Positions 1-9,991 of a stretch of DNA of 64,000 nt are shown in pieces (position 1 is the stretch's first letter; each line of letters begins with the position of its first letter). A program made the position numbers and the translations under genes. Source of the stretch: Firmicutes bacterium UBA3570 (lineage in GTDB: Bacteria > Bacillota > Sulfobacillia > UBA3561); contig DFNJ01000027.1 of assembly GCA_002376005.1 (NCBI GenBank), forward strand, positions 8,587 through 72,586. The letters run 5' to 3'. The notes under the pieces were generated by a model. It was not told where the DNA came from. It saw nothing but the letters and a program-made list of their open reading frames with translations, and made no database searches.

Positions 1-2
1 CG

Positions 3-1117
3 CTCCTCGCGCCTGTTGAAACGTGGCCCGGCTATTCCCCCAGGGCTTTTCCGGTGTGCGTTTACGACAAAGACGAGCACTACTTTCTCAACCATCCGGA
101 ACCCCCTCAGGGTCGCCCGCCCGAGCTGACAGCGGCCACGGCCTGCGAGATTGGAGGGCTTATGACCGCAGTCATTCCAGCGGACATCTGCTCGGATGAA
201 CGCAGTCTTATCCCGCTGCTCTACCATGAATGTTTCCATGCTCATCAGAATAGGGGGGCCTTTCGCTTTGCCGAGAAGTTTGATTTCTTTAGGTGCCTCG
301 CCTACTACCCAGAACTGAATGCTCAGTATCGTGCTTTGTGTGCTGCCGAGGCGGAGGTTCTCGCCAATCGTGAACTTCATCCTCGCCACACAAGGCCACC
401 TACCTGGCTGCTCTGGCGAGGAGGCGGTACGGGGTGCTACAGGAACGAGGTGAGCTGGTTGAGTTTGAGCGAAGCTCCTAGCGACGGGAAGGGACGGCTT
501 CCTATGTGGAGCAAAAGGCAGCCTTAGCCCTCTTCGGGAAGGACCCTGAGCCCGGTTTGCCCCGATACGGTTGGTCCCGGCAATATGCCTATGGAGCCGC
601 CGTTTGCCATCTGCTTGAAGCAACGCTCGATGCGAACTGGCAGGGTCAGGTTGAACAAGGGGCAGCGCCCACCCAGGTTCTTTGCGATGCGTTCGAAGAC
701 GAGGAGGCCGACCTTTGCCAGCTGAATTTGGAGGGCAAGTTGACAACGGAGAAACGGAGGGTCGAGGAGCTTCGAGCACAGGTAATGACCCAGCTTAATG
801 ATCTACAAACGGCTGGGATAACGCGGATCCAATTGCCTAAAGCTACCACTATCCGTCGCTCCTTCAATCCAACGCGGGTTACTTCTCTTGGGGATGGTCG
901 TCTGGTATACCAGGGCTTCCTAATCTTGCAGCTCCCGTCCGGTACCATATCGGTACGTGATGACCTTGCGGTTGAGGATTATGAAAGCGGGTTCTTAATG
1001 CTGCGGAGGTTCCCTGTTCGTGTGTCGGACGGAAGGCTTTCTTATCAGAGTGCTACCCTCTCTGTATCCCTCGTTGAGGTGAGTCAAACGGCTCAGGGAG
1101 ACATCGTCATCGAGTAG
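3..1117 (+). pseudogene. Disrupted zinc metallopeptidase-like (gluzincin-type) gene, 5' end outside window
   Basis: Frame open from the window edge (..TWPGYSP..) carries HECFH (HExxH). After a frameshift near 385-392 a second frame reads KATYLAALARRRY..FERSS*RREGTASYVE with an in-frame TAG at 479-481, then continues into ORF 506-1117. EGTASYVE fits the downstream Glu ligand motif. Confidence 0.65.
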
Positions 1118-1830
1118 AGAGGCAGCACCGCGGCGGCGGTAGTCGCGGATAAGACAAGATCAAACAGGCAGTCTGAGTTTTGTGTACCTCGTCACGCTCT
1201 GCATCCCATCGCATCTGACCATGGAAGGTTCCATCTTGGCTACGAGCTCGCCAGGTGTTCGGTGTCACCCGAGGGAATGGGTGCTTTGCTAGCTAGCTAT
1301 TGGTTTGCAGGACCGAGACCATGCGGGAACGCTGCTCCTCTAATTCATACTCATGTGCGCGGCTTCGACCATCATAACAACCTGCCGCCTACTCGGATGG
1401 ATGGCATTTGGTAGGATGGCCCTCACTATAAACGCAGGTGTACTGCATCATCTTCCGGCGAGCACCTATGGGTTACCACTGGGTTTCTGGGTGTCCAAGG
1501 CGTTTTAGGTCCTACGTCGTCCGGTGGCTACCATCATCAGGGAGTCGCGGCGCTTTGAATAGCAGGGCATTCGCAGCAAGGTGTGTTCAAACGGCTCTGT
1601 CGTGAAGCACCGGAGGGGGTTTCCCTTTCTGAGCAGCGAAAGAGACGCTGTACTGACTATATGTAGCCGTTGATCACTGTACAGGTGATGTCGTATCCGG
1701 TCACGCAGCGACTCCACTGCTGGCATCTTGGCCGGCTCCTTTACTGAAGAGTCGTCGGTTCGGTCTTGCTCACAACCTTCGCTTCAGTAGGGAGCGGCCT
1801 TCCTTATTCCACACAACGTCGACGCTTCGC

Positions 1831-1889
1831 TGGCCACAACTGGGGAATTTTGTTGTCCCCTTAGGGGGATTTTGTCGTGGCCGTGTACA
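1831..1889 (-). mobile_element. IS21-family terminal inverted repeat (solo end)
   Basis: Minus strand reads TGTACACGGCCACGACAAAATCCCCCTAAGGGGACAACAAAATTCCCCAGTTGTGGCCA: TG terminus plus tandem ~24-bp sub-repeats ending AAAnTCCCC, typical of IS21 ends. No intact istA/istB nearby. Confidence 0.65.
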
Positions 1890-2297
1890 GTGGAGCGCGT
1901 GAATCGCGGAGCTGAAAGGGCGGCTGCGAGTAGTGGCTCTCCTCCCCGACCGGGATTCGTCTGTCTGCTGGCTGGAGCAGTGTTGCTGGAGATACGCAAG
2001 GAATGGATTGCCACTAGGTGTTACTTTAGTCGGGAATCCGTGGAAGCTAGTCACGCCCGAGGCTAACACTCCAGCCAAGGAGGACCTGAGAGCAGCAGCA
2101 CGGTAGATAACTAATGCCAGCTCAAAGCCACAATCTACACTAAGCGTTGAGACGTAATCCGTTTGAGACGGAGTCGATGGCTGGGTCAAGCGGAACATGC
2201 AATGAATCGGCGGCAGAATAGTGCCTGGCCCCGGAATGTCAGTGTGTCACCTGGTTATCCCGGCGACCGGCGTCTCTTCTGCGAGGTGGCAAGGGAG

Positions 2298-2639
2298 ATG
2301 GACGACCTCAACGTGCTCAGGGGCAAAGATCGTTCGGCGGTGGAAACCTTCTGCCGGAAAGTCATAGACAAATTCGGTCGGGAGGTCGTTGGCCTTACGC
2401 TCTTTGGATCGAAAGTGCGCGGGAGTGACCAGCCTGGGTCCGACATAGACGTGCTCGTAGTCGTTTCTGCTAGAACCCCGGCCCTGGTCGACGGAATCAT
2501 TGACGTTGCCTTCGAAGTCAACCTTGCTTTTGACGTCTACATTTCCCCCCGAGTCGTCGGCCGGAACGCATTGAGCGATCCCCGTTGGGCCGTGACACCT
2601 TTGATCCAGGCTGTCAGGAGAGAAGGTGTCGCAATATGA
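2298..2639 (+). CDS. Minimal nucleotidyltransferase (MNT) antitoxin-like protein
   Basis: LFGSKVRG...SDIDVLVV (GS + DxD) motif; SD before ATG 2298; ATGA-coupled to the HEPN gene. Confidence 0.85.
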   Translation: MDDLNVLRGKDRSAVETFCRKVIDKFGREVVGLTLFGSKVRGSDQPGSDIDVLVVVSARTPALVDGIIDVAFEVNLAFDVYISPRVVGRNALSDPRWAVTPLIQAVRREGVAI

Positions 2640-3029
2640 AGGACGCCGGGAGATGCTTGGCTGAGAACCGGATCCTCCGGGGGCGCGAGGCCTTCGGGGA
2701 TGCCGAGCTTCTGCTTGAACACGGCTCTCTGGTCGGGGCTGTGAACCGCCTCTATTATGCAGCCTTGTACCCTGGCACTGCCTTACTCGCAACACGTGGA
2801 TTGCACTCAAATAGACACAGCGGGGTAATCTTCCTCTTCCAGCGGCACTTCGTCAAGACGGGAATGGTTCCACGGGAGGTTCCAAGGGCGTTGCCACGGT
2901 CCTTCGAACGGCGACAAGACACGGACTACGGCGACTACATCACCGTGAGCCCGGAGGAAGTCCGCTCTATTTAAGGAAGAAGTGGGGCGTTTCCTCGAGG
3001 TGTGCGGGCGCGCCATTGACTCGCTGTGA
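2636..3029 (+). pseudogene. HEPN-domain protein (UPF0332-like), C-terminally frameshifted
   Basis: AVNRLYYA, HSGVI..F..HFVKTG and RQDTDY motifs. Stop at 2972-2974; removing one T near 2970 restores a terminal helix KEEVGRFLEVCGRAIDSL ending at TGA 3027-3029. Confidence 0.7.
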
Positions 3030-3250
3030 CCGCTTGGGCGTAACGGCGTCCGAGTCAAGACGCCGCCCCCGAGTATCCCTAGGGGTCTACATCTTCAAAC
3101 GGGATCGCCGAGTGCTTCCCGTGCACCAGGGACGATGTTGAAGCTCTGCTTCCTTCGGCGGAGGAGGTGCGGCCGCGGAGGAGATTCGCCCAGCCCGGAA
3201 AATGAGCGACATCTTTCGGACCGGTCTACTGGTAACTGATCGAGGAGCCC

Positions 3251-3279
3251 GGAACCGGTTGGGGCTGTTGAGCGTCTAA
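3251..3279 (+). promoter_or_regulatory. ECF sigma factor-type promoter
   Basis: GGAAC-N17-CGTCTAA, ~50 nt upstream of the 3331 start. Confidence 0.5.
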
Positions 3280-3330
3280 GGAATCGGGTCTTGCCGAACC
3301 CAGGATGCCACTGTGGGAGGAGGGGTCCTG

Positions 3331-4221
3331 TTGGAAAGATGGTTTCGGGTTGCCGTCCTGTTGTTGGCACTTAGTGTCCTGCTCAACATTTGGGCTATAT
3401 ACAGATTGCGGATATTGAGCGAGGAAGTGATTGCGATCCGCCTCCTCCCGATAGGGACTACCGACATCGAGCGGCGGATTGCCGAACTGGAAGCTATGCT
3501 ACGGCAGATTCGCGAGGAGCAACGTTGGATTACGCCCGTACAGCCAGAGCTCGGCACACGGGTTGGTGACACGCAGAAGGTAAAGCTTACGTGGCAGATT
3601 AAGGAGTATCCCCCGGGAGCATCGGTCACCTTCTATTATCGTGAGCGAGGGGCAGATGAGTTCGAGGCGATGCCGGCTACCTCGGCGGGCCTTGGTCGCT
3701 TTCAAGTCGAGCTGGAGATTGAGCGTCAAGTAGCTCCCCAGTGGGTGATAAGCCGGGTATACAAAGGAAAGACTGCTGTCCGAACTGATCAGGTTGCTCT
3801 TCCCACTCCTTTCAGCCACCTCTATGAGTACTACATTACGGTGGAGGACGGAGAGTGCATACGTAGTAGCGAAGTGGGAACCATCGACCTCCGAAAGGTA
3901 TCAATGATGACCGTGCCTCCTTTGCAAGTCCAATTGGAGATTGACGAGGAGAAAGACCAAGTCAGGGTGACCTTGTTCGAACGCGCAACTCGAGAGCCCG
4001 AGATCAAGCTGGCACGCGCTTTTCTGGAAGTGTATGCAGGAGAGGTGAAGCTGGCCGAGGAGGAGCTCCAAGTGGCTGGAACGGACAGACACGGTGACTG
4101 GGACGTGCCTATCTACGAGGTGGTCTGGTGGAATTCCCGCGGTCGATTCTTCGACCGGCTCTACCTCCGAGTGGAGTATGACAACGGAGAGACGGTGCGG
4201 CAAGACATCCTTGGCCAGTGA
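3331..4221 (+). CDS. Hypothetical membrane-anchored extracytoplasmic protein
   Basis: GGAGGAGG SD before TTG; N-terminal hydrophobic helix, short coiled coil, beta-rich remainder. Confidence 0.7.
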   Translation: MERWFRVAVLLLALSVLLNIWAIYRLRILSEEVIAIRLLPIGTTDIERRIAELEAMLRQIREEQRWITPVQPELGTRVGDTQKVKLTWQIKEYPPGASVTFYYRERGADEFEAMPATSAGLGRFQVELEIERQVAPQWVISRVYKGKTAVRTDQVALPTPFSHLYEYYITVEDGECIRSSEVGTIDLRKVSMMTVPPLQVQLEIDEEKDQVRVTLFERATREPEIKLARAFLEVYAGEVKLAEEELQVAGTDRHGDWDVPIYEVVWWNSRGRFFDRLYLRVEYDNGETVRQDILGQ

Positions 4222-4448
4222 CTGTCCCAATCGCAAGTTCGCACCCAAGATTGAGAGAGCAATTCAGGCTGCCCGTGACATGAAGGAATGTCTTTGCGAA
4301 TCAAGAAATACGCTAATCTAGCGGTAAAATGATACAAGCCCTTTGGGACTCCTTTCCAGTGCCTCTGGGTGAGAGATTCGGCTCTCCTTCCCCGTCCTTT
4401 GAGTCAGGGAGATAACCTGGGGTCGTCCACGTCCTGGAGGTGGAAGAG

Positions 4449-6221
4449 TTGTCGCCTTCGCTGAGGGCCATTCGGCACACGTTGCGACTTCTGCGTCCGT
4501 ACCGAGCGCTGGCGGCATTGATCTTGCTCCTGCTGGTCATGCAGACCGCTCTGGCGGTGGCCGACCCGCTGATTCTGAGACACCTCATTGATGGGCTGGC
4601 GGCTACCACCCGGGCACGGTTTGAGCTCGTAGTCATGGTGGGCGCGGTATTCTTTGCGGTCATCATTTTGCGCTCGGCGCTGGAATTCGCCCTGGGTGTG
4701 GGATATGCGCGCTTGGGCACTTGTCTTACCCGCGATCTGCGTTCAGAGCTCATGGCATCGGTGGTGCGCCTGCCGTATCCTACCTTCCAGCGCTACTCCA
4801 CGGGCGACCTCATGGCGCGCATCAACGACGACGTGGCGGCATTGGAAAGATTCATTACCGAATCGCTGGTGATGGTGGTGCTGGATTCAGTCCTGGTCAT
4901 CGTCACCCTGGGGGTCTTGCTCCATTTCAATCTGCCTCTGACCTTGCTGCTTTTGGTACTGTTGCCCTTGCATCCGGCACTGTTCCGGCTGGTGCGGGGT
5001 CGGGTGCGTCAGGCCGCCCGGGAGCAGCGCAGCCGGAACGCGACTCATGTGGCGTGGGTGAAGGATATCCTAGACGGCATTCAGGTGGTGCTCGCCTTCC
5101 GCGCCGGACGGGCGATCAGGGAGCGCTACGAAGAAATCCTGAGGCACCTTGCTGATACGACCTATCGCTGGCAGGTCCTGCGGTCGATTGGTCCGGTACT
5201 GGCCGAAGGTGCCTCCGCGTTGCTTCGGACGGTGGTGATCATCGGCTACGGCGGTTGGCTGGTTCTCCAGGGTCAGCTCACGCTGGGTTCACTGGTGGCC
5301 TTTTTTCTCTACTCTGAGCGGCTGATTGCTCCCCTAGTACGCCTGTTTCGAGTAAACATCGTGCTGCAATCGTCTCTCGCCTCTTTTGAGCGAATCTGGG
5401 AGCTGTTGCCGGAGGGTTCCTGGTACGAGGGGGCTAGCATCCTAGGCCCACGCCAGGAGACTGCCACCGTCAGGCACCTGGGGGGGGATGACGCGGCAGA
5501 TCTGGCTAGTGATCCACCTGGTGGGCACCAGACCGTAGGGATCCAAGTGGATCGCCTGAGCTTTCAGTATGAAACTGGCGAGGTGGCGGCGGTGGAAGGA
5601 GTCTCCCTAGTGGTGCCGGCGGGGGGACAGGTGGCCTTGGTGGGGGCCAGCGGGAGTGGAAAGAGCACCTTGCTCATGTTGCTAGCCGGCTTGTTCGAGT
5701 CGGAGGTGGGCAGCATCACTTATCGCTGGCCGGATGGTACGCCAGTCAGCCCGGGTAAGCTGAGATTGGGCTTTGTGCCCCAGGAGACGTTTCTCTTCAA
5801 CTTGACCCTTCGTGAGAACCTGCTGCTGGTCCGGCCCGAAGCCACCGAAGAGATGCTGCAGAGAGCCATGCGGTTGGCTTGCATTGATGACCTGCCCCTG
5901 GACGAATCAGTAGGCAACCGGGGAGAGCGTCTGTCAGGGGGGCAACGCCAGCGAGTGGCGGTTGCCCGCGCACTGCTGTATGAACCGCATGTGCTTCTCC
6001 TGGATGAGGCCACCTCGGCCCTGGATCCGGAACTGGAGGCCAGACTCCTGGCCAACCTCCGCCAATTGGGCCTCACCCTCATTTTGGCCACCCACCGGAT
6101 CCATGCCGTGCAGGACTTTCCTCGACTTTACGTGTTCCGGCACGGCCGCATCGTGGGGGAGGGCACCCACGAGGAACTCCTTGCCGGCTGCGAGGCGTAT
6201 CGCGAACTGTTGGGCTTGTAG
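4449..6221 (+). CDS. ABC exporter, fused permease/ATPase (peptide/multidrug type)
   Basis: TM domain with STGDLMARINDD; Walker A GASGSGKST; signature LSGGQ; Walker B LLLDEATSALD. No C39 peptidase domain. Alternative start GTG 4440. Confidence 0.92.
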   Translation: MSPSLRAIRHTLRLLRPYRALAALILLLLVMQTALAVADPLILRHLIDGLAATTRARFELVVMVGAVFFAVIILRSALEFALGVGYARLGTCLTRDLRSELMASVVRLPYPTFQRYSTGDLMARINDDVAALERFITESLVMVVLDSVLVIVTLGVLLHFNLPLTLLLLVLLPLHPALFRLVRGRVRQAAREQRSRNATHVAWVKDILDGIQVVLAFRAGRAIRERYEEILRHLADTTYRWQVLRSIGPVLAEGASALLRTVVIIGYGGWLVLQGQLTLGSLVAFFLYSERLIAPLVRLFRVNIVLQSSLASFERIWELLPEGSWYEGASILGPRQETATVRHLGGDDAADLASDPPGGHQTVGIQVDRLSFQYETGEVAAVEGVSLVVPAGGQVALVGASGSGKSTLLMLLAGLFESEVGSITYRWPDGTPVSPGKLRLGFVPQETFLFNLTLRENLLLVRPEATEEMLQRAMRLACIDDLPLDESVGNRGERLSGGQRQRVAVARALLYEPHVLLLDEATSALDPELEARLLANLRQLGLTLILATHRIHAVQDFPRLYVFRHGRIVGEGTHEELLAGCEAYRELLGL

Positions 6222-6226
6222 GTGCC

Positions 6227-6419
6227 GTGACACTTTGCCGCCCCACCCCCACAGAACTCCTTGGGTCCCGGGGAAAAGGTTCCCGCCGCGACAACATCCT
6301 AGTTTCGGCTTTGCCGCCTGTGTCCGGCCTGTGGACAATGTTGGCTGTATCGGCGGTGCATGTGGTGCCGGGAATCCACTTTGGGCTACTGGCCAGCGAA
6401 TCTGCACCACCGCCTGTAG
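6227..6419 (+). pseudogene. Possible relic of a radical SAM maturase SPASM domain
   Basis: Frame 6303-6419 (absent from the ORF track) reads FRLCRLCPACGQCWLYRRCMWCRES, containing CxxCWxxRxCxxC. Confidence 0.4.
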
Positions 6420-6573
6420 TTTGAAGCACGATACTTTCCGGGAGGTCACCGGGTGAAGTGATTCCCGAGTGAGCCGGGGACCCCAGGCAGGACCGAAAAC
6501 CCCATGGATAGAACCTCATGTGGCGCAGGGTTGGGCTAATGACAGTAGCATGGTCGGAAAAGAGGTGGCGCGA

Positions 6574-8295
6574 TTGCGAAATCACGAGGTGGCATGGGTC
6601 TTCCAGCGGATTGCCGATCTCCTGGAGATCAAAGGAGCACCCAGCTACAAGGTTCGGGCATATCGCCGGGCGGCGCACTCCATCCTGGCCCTTCCGCGAC
6701 CAGTGGAGGACTACCACGCCGAGGGACGACTGACCGAAATCCCTGGAGTGGGGAAAGCATTGGCCGGCAAGATCGACGAGATCCTGGCCAGCGGGACGTG
6801 CCGGCTCCTGAAGGAGCTGGAGGAAGAAGTGCCGCCGGGGCTCCTGGAGATGCTGGAGGTCCCCGGAGTTGGTGCCAAAACGGCCGCACTGGTCTACCGG
6901 CAGCTGGGGATCACTGACCTGGACGGGCTGGAGAGGGCGGCTCGCGACCATCGCCTGCGTACGCTCCCGGGAATGGGCGGGAAGAAGGAATCCAATATAC
7001 TGCACGGCATCGCCCTGGTGCGGCGGCGTCCGGACCGGCTCCCCCTGGGGGTGGCAAGGTCACTGGCGGAAAGCATTCGCGAGGCACTGGTCCGGTCGGG
7101 GCTGGCGGAGAGGGTGGAGATCGCCGGAAGCCTGAGGCGATGGCGGGAGACGGTGGGAGATATCGATTTGGTGGCCGCCAGTCCTCACCCCGAGCAGCTC
7201 GTTGAGGTATTCACTGCCCTGCCGATTTGCGAGGAAGTCATCGAGAAGGGTCCCACCCGTGCCCGCATCCGCTGCCGGCCAGTGGGGCAGGTGGATCTTC
7301 GGGTGGTGAGCGGGGACGAGTTTCCTTGCGCGCTGCTCTATCTCACCGGTTCCAAGGAACACAACCTGCGGTTGCGGTCGCTGGCGCAGCGTAAGGGCCT
7401 GAAGCTTAACGAGTACGGGCTCTTCCGAGGGGGGGAACGTCTGGCCATTGCCTGCGAGGCGGACGTGTACGAGGCCCTCGGGCTCCAGTGGATTCCTCCC
7501 GAGCTGCGCGAGGACGCGGGGGAGATCGAAGCTGCCCTCCGAGGAGAGCTGCCACGCTTGATCGAGCTGGATGACATCAAGGGTGATCTCCACGTTCACA
7601 CCACTTGGACCGACGGGACGGCGGACATTCTTGAGATGGCAGGGGCGGCGGCGGAGCTGGGCTACAGCTATCTTGCCATCTGTGACCATTCCAAGTCGCT
7701 CACCGTTGCCGTGGGCCTGGACGAGAAAAGGTTGCTGGAACAGAAGGCGGCCGTTGAACGATACAGGAAACGATCCACGGAACCGTACCTTCTCGCGGGC
7801 GTCGAAGTGGACATCCTGGCCGATGGTACTCTGGATCTAGAAGAGTCGGTGTTGGCGGGGCTGGATGTGGTGTGCGCTTCCGTGCATCGGGCGTTTCGCC
7901 AAAGCAGGGAAGACATGACAGCTCGTCTGCTCAGGGCGCTCCGCTCGCCGGTAGTACGCGTGCTCGGTCATCCTACCGGGCGCCTCCTGGGTACCAGGGA
8001 GTCCTGCGATATCGATCTGGAGGCGGTAATGGAGGCGGCCGCTGCTGAGGGCAAGATACTGGAAGTGAACGCGTCGCCGGAAAGACTGGATCTCAACGAC
8101 GCTGGCATTCGCATGGCCAAGGCCAAGGGGTGTCTGTTGGCCATAAACACCGACGCGCACGGCCCAGCGGGTCTACGGGACATGCGCTACGGGGTGGGGA
8201 TTGCCCGTCGCGCAGGCGTGACACCGGACATGGTAATAAACACCTGGCCACTGGACAGGTTACTGGCCTACCTGCGGTCCGCGGCGAACACATAG
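6574..8295 (+). CDS. polX: DNA polymerase X / PHP 3'-5' exonuclease
   Basis: HhH motifs (IPGVG), GSLRR..GDIDL, VDLR, TGSKEHN, PHP HVHT...DHS...NTDAH. Confidence 0.95.
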   Translation: MRNHEVAWVFQRIADLLEIKGAPSYKVRAYRRAAHSILALPRPVEDYHAEGRLTEIPGVGKALAGKIDEILASGTCRLLKELEEEVPPGLLEMLEVPGVGAKTAALVYRQLGITDLDGLERAARDHRLRTLPGMGGKKESNILHGIALVRRRPDRLPLGVARSLAESIREALVRSGLAERVEIAGSLRRWRETVGDIDLVAASPHPEQLVEVFTALPICEEVIEKGPTRARIRCRPVGQVDLRVVSGDEFPCALLYLTGSKEHNLRLRSLAQRKGLKLNEYGLFRGGERLAIACEADVYEALGLQWIPPELREDAGEIEAALRGELPRLIELDDIKGDLHVHTTWTDGTADILEMAGAAAELGYSYLAICDHSKSLTVAVGLDEKRLLEQKAAVERYRKRSTEPYLLAGVEVDILADGTLDLEESVLAGLDVVCASVHRAFRQSREDMTARLLRALRSPVVRVLGHPTGRLLGTRESCDIDLEAVMEAAAAEGKILEVNASPERLDLNDAGIRMAKAKGCLLAINTDAHGPAGLRDMRYGVGIARRAGVTPDMVINTWPLDRLLAYLRSAANT

Positions 8296-8338
8296 GTACG
8301 ACCGGCGTCTCCTCATAATATGGCGGGAGGTGTTGGTC

Positions 8339-8938
8339 GTGTCCGATATGTTGGCAGAGGTGGGAAGTCTGCTTTTGAGGACCTTTGTACTGTACCTGGT
8401 GACCCTGGTGATCATGAGGATGATGGGTAAGAGGTCGGTGGGTAACCTGGCGCCCTTTGATCTGGCGGTTATAATCATCATTGGGTCGACGGCCGCGCTG
8501 CCCATGGAAGAGGACCGCATTCACCTGATCCGGGGCGTGGTGCCCATCGTGTTTCTGGGGATCCTGCAAGTGGGGTTGTCGTACGCCAACCTCCACAGCC
8601 CTCGATTGGAGCGTCTGACCCAGGGCACCTCCACGCTCCTGGTTCGGGACGGTGGTCCCATCGTGGAGAATCTGCGGCGCGAGAGGTTCACCCTGGAGGA
8701 TCTTTCCATCGTGCTCCGGGAAGGTGGGGTGGCTGACATACAAGAGGTCCAGGAGCTGCGCATCGAGCCTACGGGCCGCATCAGTATCATCAAGAATCCC
8801 GCTCACCGGCCCTTGACTCCCAGCGACTTGGGAATGCTGCTCCTCACCGAGATGGAGCGCTTGCAGATTCGCACTGACCGCGACATAATGGAGCAGGTGG
8901 GCAGAGTGCTCCGGGAGGCCAGGGGCGGTGTCGAGTGA
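8339..8938 (+). CDS. DUF421 (YetF/YcaP-like) membrane protein
   Basis: MRMMGKRSVGNLAPFDL, three TM helices, LRE.GV.DI.EV...IEPTG.ISII. Confidence 0.88.
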   Translation: MSDMLAEVGSLLLRTFVLYLVTLVIMRMMGKRSVGNLAPFDLAVIIIIGSTAALPMEEDRIHLIRGVVPIVFLGILQVGLSYANLHSPRLERLTQGTSTLLVRDGGPIVENLRRERFTLEDLSIVLREGGVADIQEVQELRIEPTGRISIIKNPAHRPLTPSDLGMLLLTEMERLQIRTDRDIMEQVGRVLREARGGVE

Positions 8939-9440
8939 AAGGCCGCTTTTGGCTGAGATCTTCTCCACTCCGCTGGGATGGGTGGGGCTGGTGGTGGGAC
9001 CAAGGGGCCTGGAACGCGTGTGGCTTCCTCGCCACCGATCTGCCCTCTTGCGGGAGATGCGAAGTGCCTTCCCGCAGCTGACCTTGCTGGACGAACCCGA
9101 CGCCACGCGGCCGTGGCGCCAGGGAATTCTGGAGATGATGAAGGGACGGCCCCCTTCTTTTCCTGACCATCTCAACTGGGACAAGCTGAGTACTTTCACC
9201 CGGGCCGTACTGGTAGCGGTGCGCTCGATACCGTGGGGTACGGTGATGACCTATGGTCAATTGGCGGTGGCCGTGGGTCGCCCTCGGGCGGCGCGAGCGG
9301 TAGGGAGAGCTGTGGCCGCCAACCCCTGGCCGCTGGTGGTACCGTGTCACCGAGTGGTGAGGGCAGACGGGATCGGCGGATTTGGGGGCGGGGTGGAGTT
9401 GAAACGAACACTGTTACAGAAAGAGGGGATTTGGCGGTGA
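8928..9440 (+). CDS. ogt: Methylated-DNA-protein-cysteine S-methyltransferase
   Basis: TYGQLA, ARAVG, NP.PLVVPCHRVV active site. Confidence 0.93.
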   Translation: MSSERPLLAEIFSTPLGWVGLVVGPRGLERVWLPRHRSALLREMRSAFPQLTLLDEPDATRPWRQGILEMMKGRPPSFPDHLNWDKLSTFTRAVLVAVRSIPWGTVMTYGQLAVAVGRPRAARAVGRAVAANPWPLVVPCHRVVRADGIGGFGGGVELKRTLLQKEGIWR

Positions 9441-9991
9441 GGGAATGCACTGGAATTAGCCGTCAAGCGCAAGCGGCATTTGACGATGGAAGCCCGTTTG
9501 CAGAATTCGTCGGCCGCAGCCGCCTGAACGTCCGATTGATGCAACAGAACTATCGGGATACGGTGGTGCCGGAGACCTTCGTTTCCCGCTTGTGCCAAGC
9601 GGCGGACAAGGCGGGGGGACTGCGGGTGCTGGTGTGGGCAGAGGACTGGTGTCCGGACACGGCGGAGAACCTTCCGGTGGTGGCGAGGATGTTCTCCGAG
9701 GTGCCGGGAGCGGAGGTCAGGGTGCTGCGCAAGGACCAGCATTCGGAGCTGGCGCGGGCCCTCGGCGGCGCAGGCAGTTCCTTTCGGATACCACTGGTGG
9801 TGGTATTCGACGGTTCTTTCTGTCGCCACGCGGTTTGGGTGGAAAGGCCTCGTGCCGCCCATGAGGTCATGGCTGCAGAGGGCAAGGAACGCGGGCGGCG
9901 CACTCTGAGGAAACTTTATCGCTCGGGCGACATGCGCTTAGAAGTGATGAAGGAAATCACGGCCACGATGGAGGAGCAGGGTTTCTTTTGA
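9437..9991 (+). CDS. Thioredoxin-like protein (single-Cys WCPD type)
   Basis: AEDWCPDT motif, cis-Pro loop RIP, W.ERP; GTGA-coupled to ogt. Confidence 0.8.
   Translation: MRECTGISRQAQAAFDDGSPFAEFVGRSRLNVRLMQQNYRDTVVPETFVSRLCQAADKAGGLRVLVWAEDWCPDTAENLPVVARMFSEVPGAEVRVLRKDQHSELARALGGAGSSFRIPLVVVFDGSFCRHAVWVERPRAAHEVMAAEGKERGRRTLRKLYRSGDMRLEVMKEITATMEEQGFF

Noticed and set aside
479..481. In-frame TAG as a pyrrolysine codon
   Set aside because: The same gene also has a frameshift, and no pyl genes or methylamine methyltransferase context are present; decay is the simpler explanation.
1330..1508. Hydrophobic reading frame (..LLGWMAFGRMALTINAG..GFWVSKAF) in the intergenic region
   Set aside because: Interrupted by a stop, with no SD or recognisable family; at most unidentifiable gene debris.
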